A stretch of DNA of 64,000 bases from Paraspadella gotoi. Taxonomy: Eukaryota > Animalia > Chaetognatha. The DNA lies in contig JBJCIZ010000239.1 in the NCBI GenBank assembly GCA_051294375.1, positions 5,594,993 through 5,658,992 on the forward strand, written 5' to 3'. Each line of letters begins with the position of its first letter. The first letter of the stretch is position 1. Below, one piece after another: positions 63,180-64,000 of this stretch. Both the position numbers and the translations under genes were made by a program. The notes under the pieces were generated by a model. The model saw only the letters and a program-made list of their open reading frames with translations, searched no databases and was not told where the DNA came from.

Positions 63180-63394
63180 TTAATCGAATTGAATGACATC
63201 ATAGGAGTTGTCGTTCGTCGTCGTCGTCTTCTCGCGACCCTCCTCCTCCTCCTCCTGCCTCCGGCATGCCCCCATCGCCGCCGTCTCCTGCGTCGAATGC
63301 TGAAAAACGAACGTGTCCTCCAACGCATAATCGAAAGACTTGGACGAAGGTATCGTCGTTCGTCGACCGAAGTGTGGGTCGCGGGGGGACGGAG
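63180..63394 (-). CDS. Probable terminal exon of a gene extending past the window
   Basis: cgcag| acceptor, open phase-1 frame PSPRDPHFGRRTTIPSSKSFDYALEDTFVFQH...NDNSYDVIQFD*; upstream donor-like sites gtaagt and gtgagt at ~63510 and ~63525. Confidence 0.45.
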
Positions 63395-64000
63395 CTGCGG
63401 CGCAGGTTGGACGTGATGAAATTAATTTGGATTTGGATAATTTTGTGCCTGGTCGTGGTCGGTCCGTTGTATGGCGTCCCCGATTTAGCTGACCCGCGTA
63501 GCGAGAAACTTACCCATCTGAGACTCACCATGGACCAACTGCTTCCAAAAACCCCTCAAGCCCTTACAACCCTACTCTTTGGATGATTTACTCTTAAATA
63601 TATTATACCCTCTCACTTAAAAACAACTTAAAAAATTCTCACCTTAAAACACCGACCCCTTCACGGGTTACACGCCAACCATTCTCAACTGTATCCCACC
63701 TTCAGGTAACCTGTAACGACCACTCCCAACTGCCCAATCCCCCCTGGTGATCCACTGCGAACCCTGAACGGCCCCTCTTCCTCTTCACCCCTAATTAACC
63801 CCTCGCTGTAAACCTATAACCCTTTAATCACCCCCGAAACCACGAAAACAAAATTTGATCTTTGGTTTTTGTAAATACTAAATTAGTCAAGTTATTGAAT
63901 TTCTCTTCTTGCGACGAAATTAGTTGTACGCTTGACAGTCTTTTTAGGTCGGGAATTTCTGCTTACAGCAGATTCCGGCTCTATAATTCACTTTTCGTCG

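Overview
AT-rich, microsatellite-dense eukaryotic (probably invertebrate animal) DNA from a gappy draft assembly. Sequence next to the seven 25-N gaps is noisy and redundantly duplicated, consistent with long-read gap filling (1-2290 = 16320-18750; 2400-5384 = reverse complement of 10897-13930; 5420-8420 = 12790-15620; 29448-30830 = 32090-33500; 47778-52372 = 52400-57027). Supported content: a spliced EamA/DMT (SLC35G-like) transporter gene (43114-44352, +); a multi-exon orphan gene with low-complexity S/T/N/A-rich exons; a CsRN1-clade Ty3/Gypsy LTR element (25365-29422) whose empty site is also in the window; a frameshifted piggyBac transposase (58250-59700, -); an RTE-like 3' end; Helentron/DINE-like ends; and a MITE-like family enclosing degenerate telomeric repeats. 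The most interesting signal is a dispersed SINE-like family (four clear copies near 34.2, 41.7, 44.8 and 47.0 kb, plus divergent ones). It has a tRNA-like head, and its body folds by eye into a circularly permuted (P5-type) twister ribozyme with a covarying palindromic P1. Every copy here has at least one core lesion. All alignments and folds were done by eye and coordinates of degenerate elements are approximate.
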